A stretch of DNA of 64,000 nt from Felis catus (Eukaryota). The stretch is from positions 60,700,001 through 60,764,000 of the forward strand of contig NC_058368.1 in NCBI RefSeq assembly GCF_018350175.1, written 5' to 3'. The translations under genes and the position numbers were made by a program. Every line of letters begins with the position of its first letter. Position 1 is the stretch's first letter. Of the stretch, positions 21,190 to 36,590 are shown one piece after another. Under the pieces are notes generated by a model. It made no database searches, had not been told where the DNA came from, and saw nothing but the letters and a program-made list of their open reading frames with translations.

Positions 21190-24171
21190 AAAAAATCAAC
21201 TTTTGCATAATTCTAACAGCTATTATGTCTCTATTTTGCCATATTACATTGGGTACAACCTATAGTGAGGTACAGACTAGAACTGGCAATAATGGACAAT
21301 GATTTTTCTCAGTCTCAGGGGCAAAATATTAAATAATGGCATTTATATATTTTTCCGTGTGTATCATACCAGATTAAGAATATGGTAAAATGATAGATGT
21401 GTCTTGAATTTATTCATCTAATTACATTATTTTATTTTATTTTATTTTATATTTTAATTTGGAAACTATTTATTAAACTTCAAGTGTTAAAAAAACTTTC
21501 TATTCTCAGAATAAATCTTACTTTTTAACAATATAATAATCTTTTTAAATATTTCTTGACTATTCTGCTAGTGTTTAGAATTTGCAACCATATTTTATAG
21601 AAAAACTGGGATGCAACTTTTATTCTATACACAAAGAGTTTGCAAAAGATTGCTAACATTTCTTCCTTAAATATTTGGAAAAAAACTATTAGTGAAGCCA
21701 TCTGGACTGAAGTAATCTTTGTGGAAAAATTTATCATTATTTCTTGAGTAGCATTTATTACAATGTGTTTTCTGTAGGAATTCGTCTATTTGGAATACAT
21801 TAAAAAATTTAATTGTGTAAATTATTGTAAATGCTTTAATTATTCCCTATATTTCTATAGAATCTGAAGTAGTGTTTCTGTTTCTATTCATAACATTGGT
21901 AATCTTAGATTTCTCTAATACTTTATCAGTCTTGCTAGGATTTTCTTTCTAGTTTATTTGCCTTTTTCAAAAATCATCTTTTGAGTATCTCTATTACAAG
22001 TGTGATTGCTTTATTACTGGTTTTTACTTTGATTTTTATTATTTTCATTCATTATTTTTGCTTTATTGTTTATATGTTTGTTTTCACATTTATTATATAT
22101 TATTACACACTGGAGATTTATATTATTAATTCTTTTTTATTAGAATGAATTTATTTATTCGAAAGTTTTAGGTTTACAGAAAAATAATGAAAATAGCACA
22201 AAGAGTTCCCAGAGAGTTCCAAGTAAGGTAAACTGGATCCAGTTTTACCTTATTTTATATAGTGTAGTGTGGTACATTTGTAACAATTAATGATATAATA
22301 TTAATGCATCATTCATATCTCCTTTAGCATCTGTTAAGGTTAGTTCTTTGTTCTGTAAAGTTATATACAGTTTTATAAGTGTTTATCATGTATTCATCAC
22401 TATGGTATCTTCCTAATAGTTTTGTCATCTTATAACATCCCCTGTGATTCACCTGTTCATCCTTTCTTTAATCCCCCTAAACATTCGGCAATCAGAGAGT
22501 AAAAATAATTTTACTATCGCTAAGTTTTGCCTTTTCCAGAAAGTCACATAATTGGAATTGCACAAAATGCAGTCTTTTAAGACTGCTTTCTTTCATTTGC
22601 AATAAGCATTTATGTTAGATTCATGTATGTATTTGTATAGCTTGATAATGAATGTATTTTTATCACTGAATAATACACTAAGTTCATCACGGTTTATAAA
22701 CTCAACTGCAGAATGACATTTTGTTGTTTCCTGTTAGTTTCCAGTGATAAATAAAGCTGCTATAAACATTTGTGTGCAGATTTGTGTACACACATATTTT
22801 TAAGTCAGTTGGGAAAAAACCTAGAGGAAAGACTTCTCAATAACATGGTAAGACTATGTATGTGTTACCCTTTCATGACTTGCAAATTCTTTTGTAAAGT
22901 GGCAGTACTTTTTGCATTCATTTCAGAAATAAATGACTATTATTGTTTTCCACGTCTTTGCTAGCAATTGGTAGCATCAAATTTTGGATTTTGGCCAGTA
23001 TGATAGGTTTTTTAGGATAAGTCATTGTCTTTAATTGCAATTCTCTAAAGATAAAACATGTTGAACTGGTATTCATATGCTTATTTTCTATCAGTATATC
23101 TTTTTTGACTAAGTGTCTTTTTAAGTCTTTTTTTCATTTTAAATTGAGTTATTTCCTTACTGTTGAGTTTTGAGGGTTCTTTTTATTTTAAATATAAATC
23201 CTTTATCAAATAAATGTTTTGAAAATATATTCTCCCAATCTATGGCTTGTCTTTTTATTCTCATAACAATGTCTTTCACTCATCAAAAATTTATAATTTT
23301 AATAAAATCCAATCTGTGAATTCTTTCTTTGATGTTGTATATAGAAAATCATCACCAAACCCAAGGTCATAAGTATTTCCCTCTATGATTTCTTCTAGAA
23401 GTTTAACAGTTTTAAATATTATATTGGGAAGACTATTACTCATTTTGAATTAAGTTTTCTGAAAAAATATAAAACTTGTATCTAGGTTCATGTTTTTAAT
23501 ATGAATATTAAATTGCTCCATCACCACCTGCTGAAAAGACTGTTTTTTCTGTTTTAATTGCCTTGGGTCTTTTGCCAAATCTTTGTTGATGATACACATG
23601 TAGGTTTTGAGCTTTGTTTTCTGTTTCACTGATTTTAGTGTCTACTCTTTCACCAAAACCACATTGTCATTGGTCTCTATGTAAAGTCTTAATATCAGAT
23701 CATAAGTCCTCCAACTTTGCTATTCTTCAATATTGTGTTGGTTATTGTAGATTTTTAATTCTCCATAAATATTATAGAAATACTTTGTACTATGTCCAAA
23801 ATATCCTGCTAGGATTATGATTGAGATTACATTACATCTATAGATAAAGTTGGGAAGAATTGACATATTAACAACATTGAGTTTTCCATTAGATAAATAT
23901 GGAGTATCTTTTCATTTATTTAGACATTCTTTGATTTATTTCATCAGAATTTTCTAACGTTTTACATATACATTATCTACATAATTTGTTATATTTTATC
24001 TAATAATGCCTCTATTTGGTGTTATTGTAAATGTATTTATTTTTAACTTTTATAATCCTTGTAATTCAGTGCTGTTATATAGAAAAACAATTGATTCTAT
24101 ATATTGATTTTATATCATGCAATCTTGACATACAACACTTTGATTTGTTACAAGCTAAGGTGTTTTCAGAG

Positions 24172-24311
24172 TTCTACTTTATTTATTTCGAGAGAGAGGG
24201 AGAGAGCGCAAGAGAGACAGCAAGCAAGCATGGGGGAAGGGCAGAAAGTGAGAGAGAGAGGGAATCCCAAGGAGGCTCTACGCTTAACTGACTAAGCCAC
24301 CCAGGTGCCCC
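24172..24311 (-). mobile_element. Can-SINE with internal deletion
   Basis: gaatcccaaggaggctctacgc is joined directly to ttaactgactaagccacccaggtgcccc. Confidence 0.85.
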
Positions 24312-24344
24312 AATCTAAGGTTTTTAAAAAAATAATTCTTTAGA

Positions 24345-24568
24345 GGGGCGCCTAGGTGGCTCAGTTGGTAAAGCGTCTGACTTTGGCTCAGGTCATGATC
24401 TCACGGTCCGTGAGTTCGAGCCCCGTGTCGGGCTCTGTGCTGACAGCTCAGAGCCTGGAGCCTGCTCCAGATTCTGTGTCTTCCTCTCTCTCTGACCCTC
24501 CCCCGTTCATGCTCTGTCTCTCTCTGTCTCAAAAATAAATAAACATTAAAAAAAATTTAAGAAAAATT
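24345..24568 (+). mobile_element. Can-SINE
   Basis: Consensus match; TSD aaaaaataa(t/c)tctttag. Confidence 0.95.
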
Positions 24569-25327
24569 AAAAAAATAACTCTTTAGGACATTCTACATGA
24601 ACAATTATGTCATTTGTGAACAAAGGCAATTTTCCATCTTTCCATTATATATACACTGTCTTTTCTTTTCTTGTCTTGTTGCAATATGTAGTACTTCCAG
24701 TAGAATCTTGAATAGGAATGATGAGAATGATGCCTTCCTTGTTCCTTAAGAGGAAAGTGTCCAGTGTTAGCTACTGTTGTTATTTTAAGGTGTTTTCATC
24801 AATTTGTGGAAGATCCCCCTGTATTCACTTTTCTTGAGAGATCCTATCATTAATGGGTATTGAATTTTGTCAAGTGCTTTCTCTTCATCAATTAATGTGA
24901 TTAAATAATTTTTTCTTCTTTAGCCTGTTATTATGGTGACATATTTGGATTGATTTTCAAATGATATTATTCCACCAGATGGGATGAGAGTCTTAAGCAT
25001 TGGAAAGTAGGTCCTTGTTTTGAAGAATGCTCTCAGCTGTGGCCAACAGATGTTTCTCACTCTTAAGATCATCCAATAGTCAGACTCCAGCGAATTATCA
25101 AACCTACCATTCAAGTTTCTCTATTTGTTTACAGTTTTAGGGTTTTCTAATTGAGATAAGTCAATCTTGGCTATCACTGACTCTGAATTTACTTGTCTCT
25201 CAATTTTCAAGTTGATGGTTTGCTGTACAATCTCAATTCTCTGATTTGTCCAAGATAAGCTACTGATTTTCAGTAGCTCATTCTGGTAAGAGTGATTACT
25301 TCATATCTCTTTAAATATCAGAGCTGA

Positions 25328-25536
25328 GGGGCGCCTGGGTGGCTCAGTCGGTTAAGCATCCGACTTCGGCTCAGGTCATGATCTCGCAGCCCGTGGGTTC
25401 GAGCCCCGCGTCGGGCTCTGTGCTGACAGCTCAGAGCCTGGAGCCTGTTTAGAATTCTGTGTCTCCCTCTTTCTCTGACCCTCCCCTGTTCATGCTCTCT
25501 CTCTGTCTCAAAAATAAATAAATGTTAAAAAATAAA
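25328..25536 (+). mobile_element. Can-SINE
   Basis: Consensus match; TSD taaatatcagagctga. Confidence 0.96.
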
Positions 25537-26279
25537 TAAATATCAGAGCTGAAATCTCAAGTGTAGATCATTGATTCACATTGTTTGTTCCCTTCCTATA
25601 AATGCATTTAGAGCTATACATTTACCTCTTAACATAACTTTAAACTTTTCTGAAGTTTTGAAGTATTGTATTTTCATTATCATTCAAATCAAGAGGTTTT
25701 TTTAAAAAAATCTATTGTAACTACTATGTTGTAATGCATGGAATATTTAAGTGATATACCATTAAATTTATAACCATTTTCTAATACGTTAAAAATTATT
25801 GAGTCTTGATAATTTGAGAGAATAATCTCTATTTACTTCAAGCCTTTGATCTTTATTGAATGTTTATGGATCACAATGTCATCTATTTTCATCATTGTGC
25901 TATGTGCACTTTAAAAGTATGAATCAATGCAGCTGTTGGGTATGCCAAATATTTCAAGTGATTTAAGTTTTTGTTGTCCAAATCTTCTATTATTGCTGAT
26001 ACATTTTCAGTAATAGATCTATTGCTTATTGAGAAAATATGCTAATATCTCTGAATAACATTTTGGACTTCTTTTTTCTTATTTTTACAAGCTTCACTAT
26101 AGATATGCAAAAATCTATAGGTGTACATGCATACACCTTTAATATTATAATTTCCTTTATCAATGCAAATTATCTCTCTTTATCTCCTGTGACACTTCTT
26201 GCCTTCAAGTGTAATTCTTTTATATTAATATAACGACATAATTTTGATTTTCAGTGTGTGCATAGTATTTAATTTTGGA

Positions 26280-26637
26280 TTTTTTTAAGTTTGTATTTAA
26301 ATTCCAGTTATTTAACATACAGTATAATATTAGTTTCAGGTGTACAATATACTGATTCATCACTTTGATACAACAAATGCACTCCTTAATCCCCATCCCC
26401 ACCCACCTCCCCCTCTGGTAGCCATCAGTTTATTCTCTATAGTTGAATCTGTTTTTCAGTTTGCCTCTATTTTCTTCTCCCTATGCTTATTTGTTTTGTT
26501 TCTTAAATTCCACATGAGTGAAATCACACGGTATTTGTCTTTCTTCAAAGGACTCACTTTGCTAAGCATAATACTCTCTAGCTCCACCCATGTCATTAAA
26601 AATGCAAGATTTCATTCTTTTTTATGACTAATATTCT

Positions 26638-26669
<32 letters not shown>

Positions 26670-27630
26670 TGACATCTTTATCCATTCATTAGTGGAAGGA
26701 CACTTAGGCTTTTTACATATTTTGGCTATTTGTAGATAGATACTTGTAGGCTATTTGTTCTATGAACATCAAGGTGTATGTATCCATTTACATTAGTATT
26801 TTTGTATTCTTTGGGTAAATACTTAGTACTGCAATTTTTGGATCCTCGGGTAGCTTTATTTTTAACTTTTTGAGGAACCTCCATGTTGTTTCCCAGAGTG
26901 GCTACAGCACTTTGCATTCTCACCACAAGTACAAGAGTGTTCCCCTTTGTCTGCATCCTCACCAACATGTGTTGTTTCTTGTGTTGTTGATTTTAGACAT
27001 CTGACAGGTGTGAGGTGATATCTAATTGTAGTTTTGACTTGTACTTCCTTGATGGTGAGTGATGTTGAGCATCTTCTCATGTATCTGTTGGCCATCTATA
27101 TGTCTTCTTTGGAAAAATGTCTGTTCATGTCTTCTGCCCATTTTTAATTGGATTATTTGTTTTTTGGATGTTGAGTTTTATAAGTTCTTCATATATTTTG
27201 GACACTAATTCTTTATCAGATATGTCATTTGCAAATATCTTCTCCCATTCTGCAGGTTGCCTTTTAATTTTGTTGATTGTGTCCTTCACTGTGCAGAAGC
27301 TTTTTATTTTGACATAGTCCCAATAGTTTATTTTTGTTTTTGTTTCCCTTGTCTTAGGAGACATATCTAGAAAGAAGTTGCTATGGCCGATGTCAAAGAG
27401 GTTACAGCCTCTGTTCTCCTTTAGGATGTTTATGGTTTCATGTTTTACATTTAGGTCTCTAATCCATTTTGAAATTATTTTTGTGCATTGTGTAAGAAAG
27501 TGGTCTAGTTTCATTCTTTTGCATGTTACTGTCCAGTTTTCCCAACAACATTTGTTGAAGAAATTTTTTCCATCTGGATATTCTTTCCTGCTTTGTTCAA
27601 GATTAATGGACCATATAGTTGTGGGTTCAA
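26280..27630 (-). mobile_element. 5'-truncated carnivore L1 (ORF2 end and 3'UTR), contains (GT)n
   Basis: Minus ORF 27125..27634 FNKCCWENWTVTCKRMKLDHFLT...EWEKIFANDISDK. Confidence 0.93.
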
Positions 27631-27799
27631 GCATTCTTTTACATACAAAGTTTCTATTTCCTTTTATGTGGCTTTTTTCTTTTAATAGAATATAGTTGGT
27701 ATTTTTATTTAAAAAAAGATTGCATATATTGTCCTTTAATTATATTGGTTAGAGATGACATGGCATATAAAATTTTGTTTTTGACATATCTGTTGGCTG

Positions 27800-28160
27800 A
27801 TTTGACTAGGATACCTAGGTCTTAGACTTTATATGAACTCTCTAGATTGTAACTTTGCCTAGAGCTTCCTGCCTCCACCCTTTCTGCTTAAACAAAAAGC
27901 TGCCTCAACTTTCCTGTTAGGGAAACATTTGACAAAGTTTGCTGTTTCAAGGTTCCTCTAGCACTTTTTAGTGTGCCCCCTCCTGTTTTCACAAATCACC
28001 TTCCCAAAGTATCTATATGTAAAAGCTTTGTTCACCCATCCTTTCCGTCAGACTTCTGAGTTAGTCTTTCAGTATTTCCTTATTGTCAATTGTTCCCCTC
28101 TCTCTATTGTAATCGTCTTTTCCAGTGAAGTCTCTCCTTGTATACAATTATTTTTAAGAG
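27800..28160. mobile_element. Possible ERV LTR fragment
   Basis: LTR-like composition (TATA-like tatatgtaaaa, ctctattgtaat...gtctctcctt); family not identified. Confidence 0.3.
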
Positions 28161-28219
28161 GTAAATAGTTTTATTAGCTTTTTTTTCTTTGAGACCATAG
28201 TGAAAGTAATGACCTAGCT

Positions 28220-29073
28220 ATTTTTATTTTTTTTATTTGAGTGTAGTCAATGCACAATGTTACATTAGTTTCAGGTGTACAAACCCACAGCTAACATGAT
28301 ACTCAATGGTGAAAAACTGAGAGCTTTTCCTCTAACATGTGGAACATGACAAGCATTTCCACTCTAGCCACTTTTATTCAACATAGTACTAGAGGTTCTA
28401 GCCACAGCAATCAGACAAGAAAAAGAACAAAGGAAATAGACATTCATGTTGGTGAAGAAGAAGTTAAACTGTCACTCTTTGTAGATGACATGATACTATA
28501 CATAGAAAATTCTACCAAAGACAACACCAAAAAAGTACTGAAACTGATAAATGAATTCAGTAAAGTTGCAGATTACAAAATTAGTATCCAGAAATCAGTA
28601 GCATTACTATACACTAATAATAAATAGCAGAAAAATACATTCAGAGAACAATCCCATTTGCTATCACACCCAAAAAAAAATACATAAGAATAAACTTGAG
28701 CAAGGAAGTGAAAAAATCTGTACTCTGAAAACTAAAACACTGTTGAAAGAAACTGAAGAGGACACAAAAAAATGGAAAGATATTCCATGTTCATGGATTG
28801 GAAGAAATAATGTTGTTAAAATGTCCATTTTAACTATCAGTCTACAATTTCAAAGAAATGCCTTTCAAAATACCATCAGTATTTTTCTCAAAACTAGAAC
28901 AATATTACCAAAATTTCTACAGAATCACAAAATACCATGAATAACCAAAGTGATATTGATAAAGAAAAACAAACTAATATTGAGAAATAAAAACAAAACA
29001 AACAAGTTCAGATTCCAAGACATACTACAAAGCTGTAGTAATCAAAACAGTATGATACTGGCAAAACAACAGC

Positions 29074-29108
<35 letters not shown>

Positions 29109-29340
29109 ACGCACAGAAACTTAGAATAGAAGAGACTATAGAGCTCAGAAATAAACCCATGTTTATATAGCCAATTAATCTATGACACAGGAGGCAAAAA
29201 TAAGAAAAAGAATCTCTTCAATACATAGTTCTGGGAAAACTGGAACACTTTCTAACACCATACACAAAAATAAACTCAAAATGGATTAAAGACCTAAATG
29301 TGACACCTGAAACCATAAAAATCCTAAAGAGAACACTGGC
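28220..29340. mobile_element. Inverted L1: antisense 3' tail (28220-28280) fused to sense ORF2 (28281-29340)
   Basis: Poly-T plus the L1 terminal sequence, then LFVDDMILYIEN and KWKDIPCSWIGR on the + strand. Confidence 0.85.
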
Positions 29341-32300
29341 TTTGTGTTTTACTTGACAGAATACTTCTATTTAGTAAAAAAACAACATAAAAGGCTTTAG
29401 TCTATCATCTTATAATTTGTTTTCTAAGATTTTTATCTGCTTTTGTATTTATATTTTACCCCTTTGGTTCTCTTGGAAAATTCAGTTTTTCTCCTGTATT
29501 AGGTTTTTATTTTTCCTTGTATTATATATCATTATTTAGTTGTACCTTATGTTATTTCTTCCTTATTAGATTTTTAGATGCTCTGTTCTTTTATTATTCT
29601 TTTAGCAGTTATACTACCAATTTCAATATGCATCAATGACATATTGCAGACTACTTTAAATTAGTACTTGTCACTTCTCCTAAAGGCAAGAAACTTCCAG
29701 TAGTTTAACATTATTTATTCTCCTTATTCTATTTTTGCTTTAAGATATAGAATATTTTATCTCACATGTTATAAATCCCACAATATTTAGTATTAATGTA
29801 ACATTGATTTCTACTTACCCATATATTTACTGCTTGTTGTACTTTTACTTATTTTTTGAAGTTGCTTGATTTCATCTGGAGATTAGTTTTCTCATAGGAA
29901 AGGTCTATAGCTTTGAAGTCTCAAAATTTTTTTTGTGGGGAGACATTAGAAACATCCTTATTTCACTTACATTTTTAAAGGTATTTTCACTGATTATAGA
30001 CTCAAACAGTTCTATTTTACTCTGCTCCAGTTTGGAAGCTGCCCTAAAAGAAACAGCTACAGGCATGTGGGTTGCAATTTATGATCTTTCCTTATCTCAA
30101 GGTGATTCACTCTGGTTGATTGTCTGGTACAATTATTTTATAACTATTGTATGGGTATTTAATTGGAGGAAGAGCAAATCTGATACCTAATTCTCCATCA
30201 TGGTCATATTCAGAGGCCTTCAGACTTTCTTTATACTCAAATTCATCTAAGGCATTTTATCTATTATTTAAAATTTTGCAATGTTTAATTGCCTAATGAA
30301 GAAAGACTTAAAATGAAAAATAAAAGCATCACCAAAATTGTAGATGTAGGAAAATAAGTCTAGTTTTATAAATACATTAGTATAGTAATTACTATTTTAG
30401 CCACAGCCATGCTTTGAGTATTTTTTCTAGAGTTGGTTGAGATTTTTATATGAAGATGTCTTCTTGAATATATAGTTTTATTATATTTTAGTAATAGAAC
30501 AATGCTATATTATATGTGAAATAAATCATTCCATATTATTATGATTTTTAAATGATACATAACTTCAACTTCCAAAGCTTCATTCGATGAATGTTTAAGT
30601 ACGTGTAGTCTTTTGTCTTGTCTCCCTTTTGTAGATACATGTTTTAGGCTTTGCATAGTGATTCCCATTCTTGAGATTTCAAAGAGTCTTAGGGCTCACA
30701 AGGTTATTAATGTCCTTGAAGTTTCAAAGATTGTTGGTCTCACTAGGCATCTGGGCTTCCTAATTTCTGTTTTTCTCATTGTAAGTACTTATGTCTTCTA
30801 CTGCCACATCTCCACCACTATTGCTAATATAAAACATGGCAGCTATGTTATGTTCTCTTTTACTTTTCCAAAATACACTATTTTTGTCATCTTTATATTT
30901 TATCTCTGTCAATTTTCAGAATGTAGGAAGTTATAATATTTCATTATACAAAACCATCTTTTCTTCCTCTTGATGATTTACCAATATGAGTCCATGAAGT
31001 GCAATATCTGACATTTCAGTTTATAGGAGTAGTCATCTTGGTGAAAATTATATATTTAGATTTTACATTATACATAAAGGACTTTCATATCCTCCATTCA
31101 ATAAGTTTCATAACCCTGATAAATAAAACATTAATATATATATATATATATATATATACAGACTTTTTACTTCCTTCTTGATGTTGAGGATCAGTGCTGG
31201 TTATAATCTAAACAAATGGTCAATATCAATGTCATATTCAACCTTTGAATGCTTGAATAATTTGGAGGGATAAAATGTACACTTGTAAATTATGCTTCAA
31301 CTGAGCAATACTGTTTTATTGATAATAATTAAATTAAATTTAGAAGAATGTTTCATAAAAACACGGTGAAATTATAATATTTATCATAGGCTTGATTCAT
31401 TTTTTAAAATTACTATGCTTATGTAAAGAAAAATTATATTCATGAAAAAAATATATATATATAGAATTCCAAGCTTTCTATTTACATGTAGACACACAAA
31501 CACATCTGCACATATATCTTGCCTGTGTGATAAATGATTAAACATTTCAAACATGTTCAAGAAAACATTTCCCTTTTATAAATACATGGGACTGATGTCG
31601 TGTGAGTTTTCATTCAATAAGCAATAATTTTCATTCAATCAGCAATAACTGTAACAAAAAATAATATTGCCAGGGGCCATTATTTGAAAAGAAATCATTG
31701 TAACCAAGAACAATAATCTTAGCACTACCTTTGTCATAAGCACTGGAAAACTGTTCCCTAAATGGAGAATTTCTATGATTCTGCTCTTTTTCTATTTTAT
31801 TCTAAAGGAACTATGTATCATCATGCATTATTTATATTGTGCAAGGGATACAGGAAGAAAAGAATATAGTGTAACATTTCTGTAAAAGACATTTCAGAAT
31901 TTTAAAGGGAGAATAAACCACATTTCTATAGATCTGAGTATATTATCACTTCAACACTTGAAAATAGATTGAATGCTTAATATTATTACAGAAATAAACA
32001 AAATGTAAGTTTCATTTTATAGCTCAAATTAAATTGTGTAACCTTATCATTAGAAAAATATAAGCACCCAATAAGAATCAAACTTTCCCACCAATAATTT
32101 TAAAATATGACTTAGTTATATTCCAAAAGCTTCAATAATAATTAGTGATTCAAAGAAATTTGACATATGTTTCTTAAGTTAGCAATCAGTCCTTATTAAT
32201 TTTTGTATCCTTAGTCTCACATAATATCTCTCACTTAAATGAATGAATGAATGATGCCAAAATGAACAAATAATTCTTGAGCTAAATTTACTCCTGCAAG

Positions 32301-35300
32301 ACCATTTGTGTTGATCATTTCTTGCTTCATATTTCTATTACCTTTAAGTACATTAGTGTGACACAATGTCAACAAACAGTTTTATGACTGACCTAAAACA
32401 CATAACTTAGCAGCAAAAATTTAGTCAAGAGCATACTTTAGTAATGTATTAGCAGTAGAGTAATAAAAGTAGAAGCAACAGCAGGAGCAGCAGTAGTAAA
32501 AATAACAAAAGTAATAGCTTATTTATAGAACATATATGTGACAAGAATGGTTTAATTGCTTTAAATGCATTATAATATTTCATATTTCTATAAGTTTGAG
32601 CATTACTTACATTAATGTTCTTCTTATAAAGAGAACTGAGGTCTGAAAAAGTTGTATACAATAATCCAAATGTCATAAAAACAATATATAACACAGCCAG
32701 TATTGAGCTCAGGTATACTAGGGTTTTATACTCTTAATTAATCATTAGTATATAATAGTGCAGGTCTATGGGGATGTATGGAGAGACAGATAGCTAGATA
32801 GATAATCTGAAGATAATACCTTTTTCAAATATCTAGAAACAAGCAGGAAAGAGTGTTTTCAGTTCAGCATTTGATGAATCATTTTCACACAAATTAGTTT
32901 CCAATGAGTCAGGAAATACATCTAGGAAATGAGAAAAACAAACACAATTGTAGAAACTTGGTTAATGAAACAATTATGGTGAAAATATATCACATGAATC
33001 ATGGTGAATGAAACATTTAGTGATTTACAATATTTAGAGATTTACAAAAATCTCTGGGTATTTAATTAAGGAGCACCATATATGGCCACATGGGAACACC
33101 TGGGATGCAATGAAACAATTTGGGGGAGGATGACTTTGTAGGAAGGCTGATTGTGCAAACAGAGATTCAAACATAGTCAAGACAGTGGAATATTGTGGGA
33201 TATAAGATTTCACCTATGAAGGCCAAAAGGCTTCTAACAGTATCAGATATGGTACTGACCTTTAAATATTATAAATGACCACACTGTATTACCATGCATT
33301 CAATTTGGCCAACCTAAGTGTGGTGAGCAGCCTCATTATCTATTTAGGCTTCATTTAATAAAGGCTAGTGTTCAATGAGCTATTCTATTGGGTGGAATAT
33401 TGATACCTGAAAACGATGTTTTTAGTTGGTCATCATGGAGAGACCAGAGCATTCTTAACACTGTTGAAATGTCCTGTGTTTTTTTTTATGTGAAGAACTT
33501 TGATGTGGTTGACTGGGAACTGATGAAACACCAGTATATCTCAAGGTCTAGATCCTTGTGGATGAATGACTGGGATCCTTGAGACATTAACTATGAGTAT
33601 ATATGAAGAATAGACATTATGGTGTGTGTATAGAGTAGGAGTTGGGAGTCAGGGGGAAGGGAGAGGAGGATGGAGATTTTGAAGGTGAGTACTGAGCATG
33701 TAACTTAAAAAGGGATAAAAGACCCAGACTGTGTAGGGAATTTGGGGTCATATTAAGTATTTTGGATCTTAAATCTGAGAACAATGAAATGTCATGAATG
33801 AAAGTTCCATTATTTATTTTAGAGTTTAAATATTATTCCTTATGTTTTCACCAGTCGCTTTTCACATCCTTTGTTCCTCTCATATCTCTCCCCATTTGTG
33901 CTCTCCCATGACTACCTCATCTCCTAATTTGACATCCACTTAATTGTCTTCTCCAGCTTTAACTCCTTTCTTTGCTTGTCATATCATGTCATCTGCATCA
34001 CTATCTATTGTCTATTTTGTCAACTCTTAAGAGAGAAACAGTAAGTAGTATGAAAAACACTTGGGTATTTTCTAGTCTCTTTGATTTACTTTGTATTTTG
34101 GTATTAAATTTACCCTTTTAAAAAATCTGCTTCTAAGGAATCTAAATCTTATCTTGTTCTCTGTGATATATATATATTCTGACCAGTTGAGTAATTCTGA
34201 GTAATTCTGACCAGTTTTATGTCATTAAATTAGTTTTCTTTTAACTGTATAAATTTCTACTCTAGTGTCTGTATATTGAATGGGATGTATAATATAGAAG
34301 ACAGAATTATATGTAATAGATGGTATTACTAAATTGGTGATCAAACCTTGTGGAGTAAATATTTAAACCTGATTTCTTATGAACAATTAACATTGCTCCC
34401 AGATAAAATTCATTTTTATATTTTAATAAATTTCTCTTTTTGTGGTATCCTTACTAAATACATTCAAGAATGAATAATTCATTATTACTGCAGATTTTTA
34501 GAAAGAGTTCTCCATCCCTTATTTTTTTAGTAACCAAAAGTTACACATACATCAAATGTATCAAGTGTAGGCTACTTATGGTCAACATGCACAAATATAA
34601 TTTTTCAGCTGCTGGATAAGGAAGGAGGAAAAAACCATATACTTAGGTAATTTTGTCTTCTGGAACCAGAAGTTATGGCTAGTACTAATAAAATGGATTA
34701 ATAGATATACAGACATACAATTGATCATTTATAAATATCAGCAACATTCACCCAGCTGAGAATATAATTCTCTGTTGTTGGTTAACACATCACCTTAAGA
34801 ATATTATTTTATTTTCCTCTTTGACTTAATTTAGAACTATTTCCTCAGTTAATCTGCAGTACTGTACTCTGGTTGGTTATTGGCATTAAGAGAACAAAAT
34901 TACACTTCTCTTCAGTGCTATAGAGAAGGAGCTGAAACTTCACACATCTTTGTGTAAGTCACATGGTCTGTGAAATCAGTGTCTGCTAATATTCTATTCT
35001 TGATTGCCTTGTTGTAGGATCCAGGAAATATATGAAAATTGCTGGGGTAATTAAACAATGATAAAGCCTTTCAATTCCTATAAAAACTCAGTAAGTCAGT
35101 GGTTGAGCCCAAACCCATTAACATGAAGGAAATACTCAATAATCAGCCTGGAATTTAATTGTTAATTTAGCAACAACAGTATGAACAGGAATTTCAATAA
35201 TTTCAGTTTTCAGTAATATATGAAAAGACTGGTTCATGAAACCAAGGGTTAGAATAATATTGATGGCTTAAAATCCAGTTACTAATGTAGAACCCAAATA

Positions 35301-35304
35301 AAAC

Positions 35305-35468
35305 AAGGGAGAGGAAACTGGGGAGTTGTTCAATGGGTGTAAGGTTTGTATGAAAAATGAATCAATTCTAGAGATCTGCTGTATAATACAGTGCCTGTAG
35401 CTAACAATAATGTATTGCACATTTAAAAAATTGTTGAGAGTAGATCTCATGTTATGTGTTTAAATGAA

Positions 35469-35507
<39 letters not shown>
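35305..35507 (+). mobile_element. L1 3'UTR fragment with (TAAA)n tail
   Basis: gggagttgttcaatgggtgt...ttctagagatctgctgta...gtagatctcatgtta. Confidence 0.85.
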
Positions 35508-36494
35508 GAAAGCTAAGAGCTTCATGAAGCTATCTATGGTAATGGCAATATGCCAGGTTAAATAAAGTTGCTTTCAGAAAAATTTTCTCAGATGTTAAGA
35601 AAAAAATATTTTCACTATATTGTATATCAGAAAACAACTTTAATCATTATTGTCAGTCACCGTTTCCCTCATTTCAGTGATTGAAATGGAATACCCATGC
35701 AACCTGAAGTTAGGCTTTAAAAAGAGCCAGTATTATTAGCCTAAACCTTTGAAAATGTCGGAAGCCAGTTTTAAGTCTCAAAAAACATATACTTTATCTT
35801 TTTAATTTATCTAGAATTTCTTCAAATATCACATCCAAAAATAATAAAAGCTATACTTCATTTAACATTATTTTCACTTTGACTTATGAATAATGCAATC
35901 TTTTGACAAAGTACTATTTTTTAACCTTTTAATACGTATTTGATTAGGTATAAACAACAGTTGTCACAAAATAGCCTACTACCTTCTTCTGCTACTTCCA
36001 TATTTTTTATTGAAAATAAACATTTGAAAAACTGCATTATCATTAAATATATTTTAACATCGAGCTAGAAAGTTATCATCAAAACTTTATCATGTTCAAA
36101 TGTGAAAATATTTTGCTATCTTAGAAACTGGCTTGCTGAAAAGAGTATGATCTGCCATAAGTTGAATTTTCCTTGTAACGCAATTGTAAAAAAATTGCAT
36201 TTTGTACAACGCTGATGACTTGGAAATTAGAAATACATAATGTAAATTGAGGGTAAATTTTCTTTAATTTTATCAAATTGTTTTTTCCTAATTGTATAGC
36301 AAATGATTCAAAATATATCTGAAAAATACAAGCTTGGAAAAATCAATAGGAAACTAATTTTATAATGGTGAGAAAGTTAATATAAAAGTAGCTTATAACA
36401 TGTACATTTGCATGAACATTTATTTTACAATTAACATATGATATTTTGTTACATGTTTGTTTAGATAAAAGACTCCTCTTACAAATATTATTAT

Positions 36495-36590
36495 TTTTTT
36501 AAAGTAAGCTTTATGCTCAACATGGGCTTGAACTCATGACTCTGAAATCAAGAGTTGTATGCTCTACCAACTGAGCCAGCCAGGTGCCCC
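36495..36590 (-). mobile_element. Short Can-SINE
   Basis: gggcttgaactcatgactctgaaatcaagagt...gagccagccaggtgcccc. Confidence 0.88.

Larger units (their letters stand above)
19015..26270 (-). mobile_element. Cluster of nested old L1 fragments (3'UTR and ORF2)
   Basis: Antisense L1 3'UTR at ~19015 and again at ~22135, each followed by degenerate ORF2 sequence; internal boundaries approximate. Confidence 0.75.
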
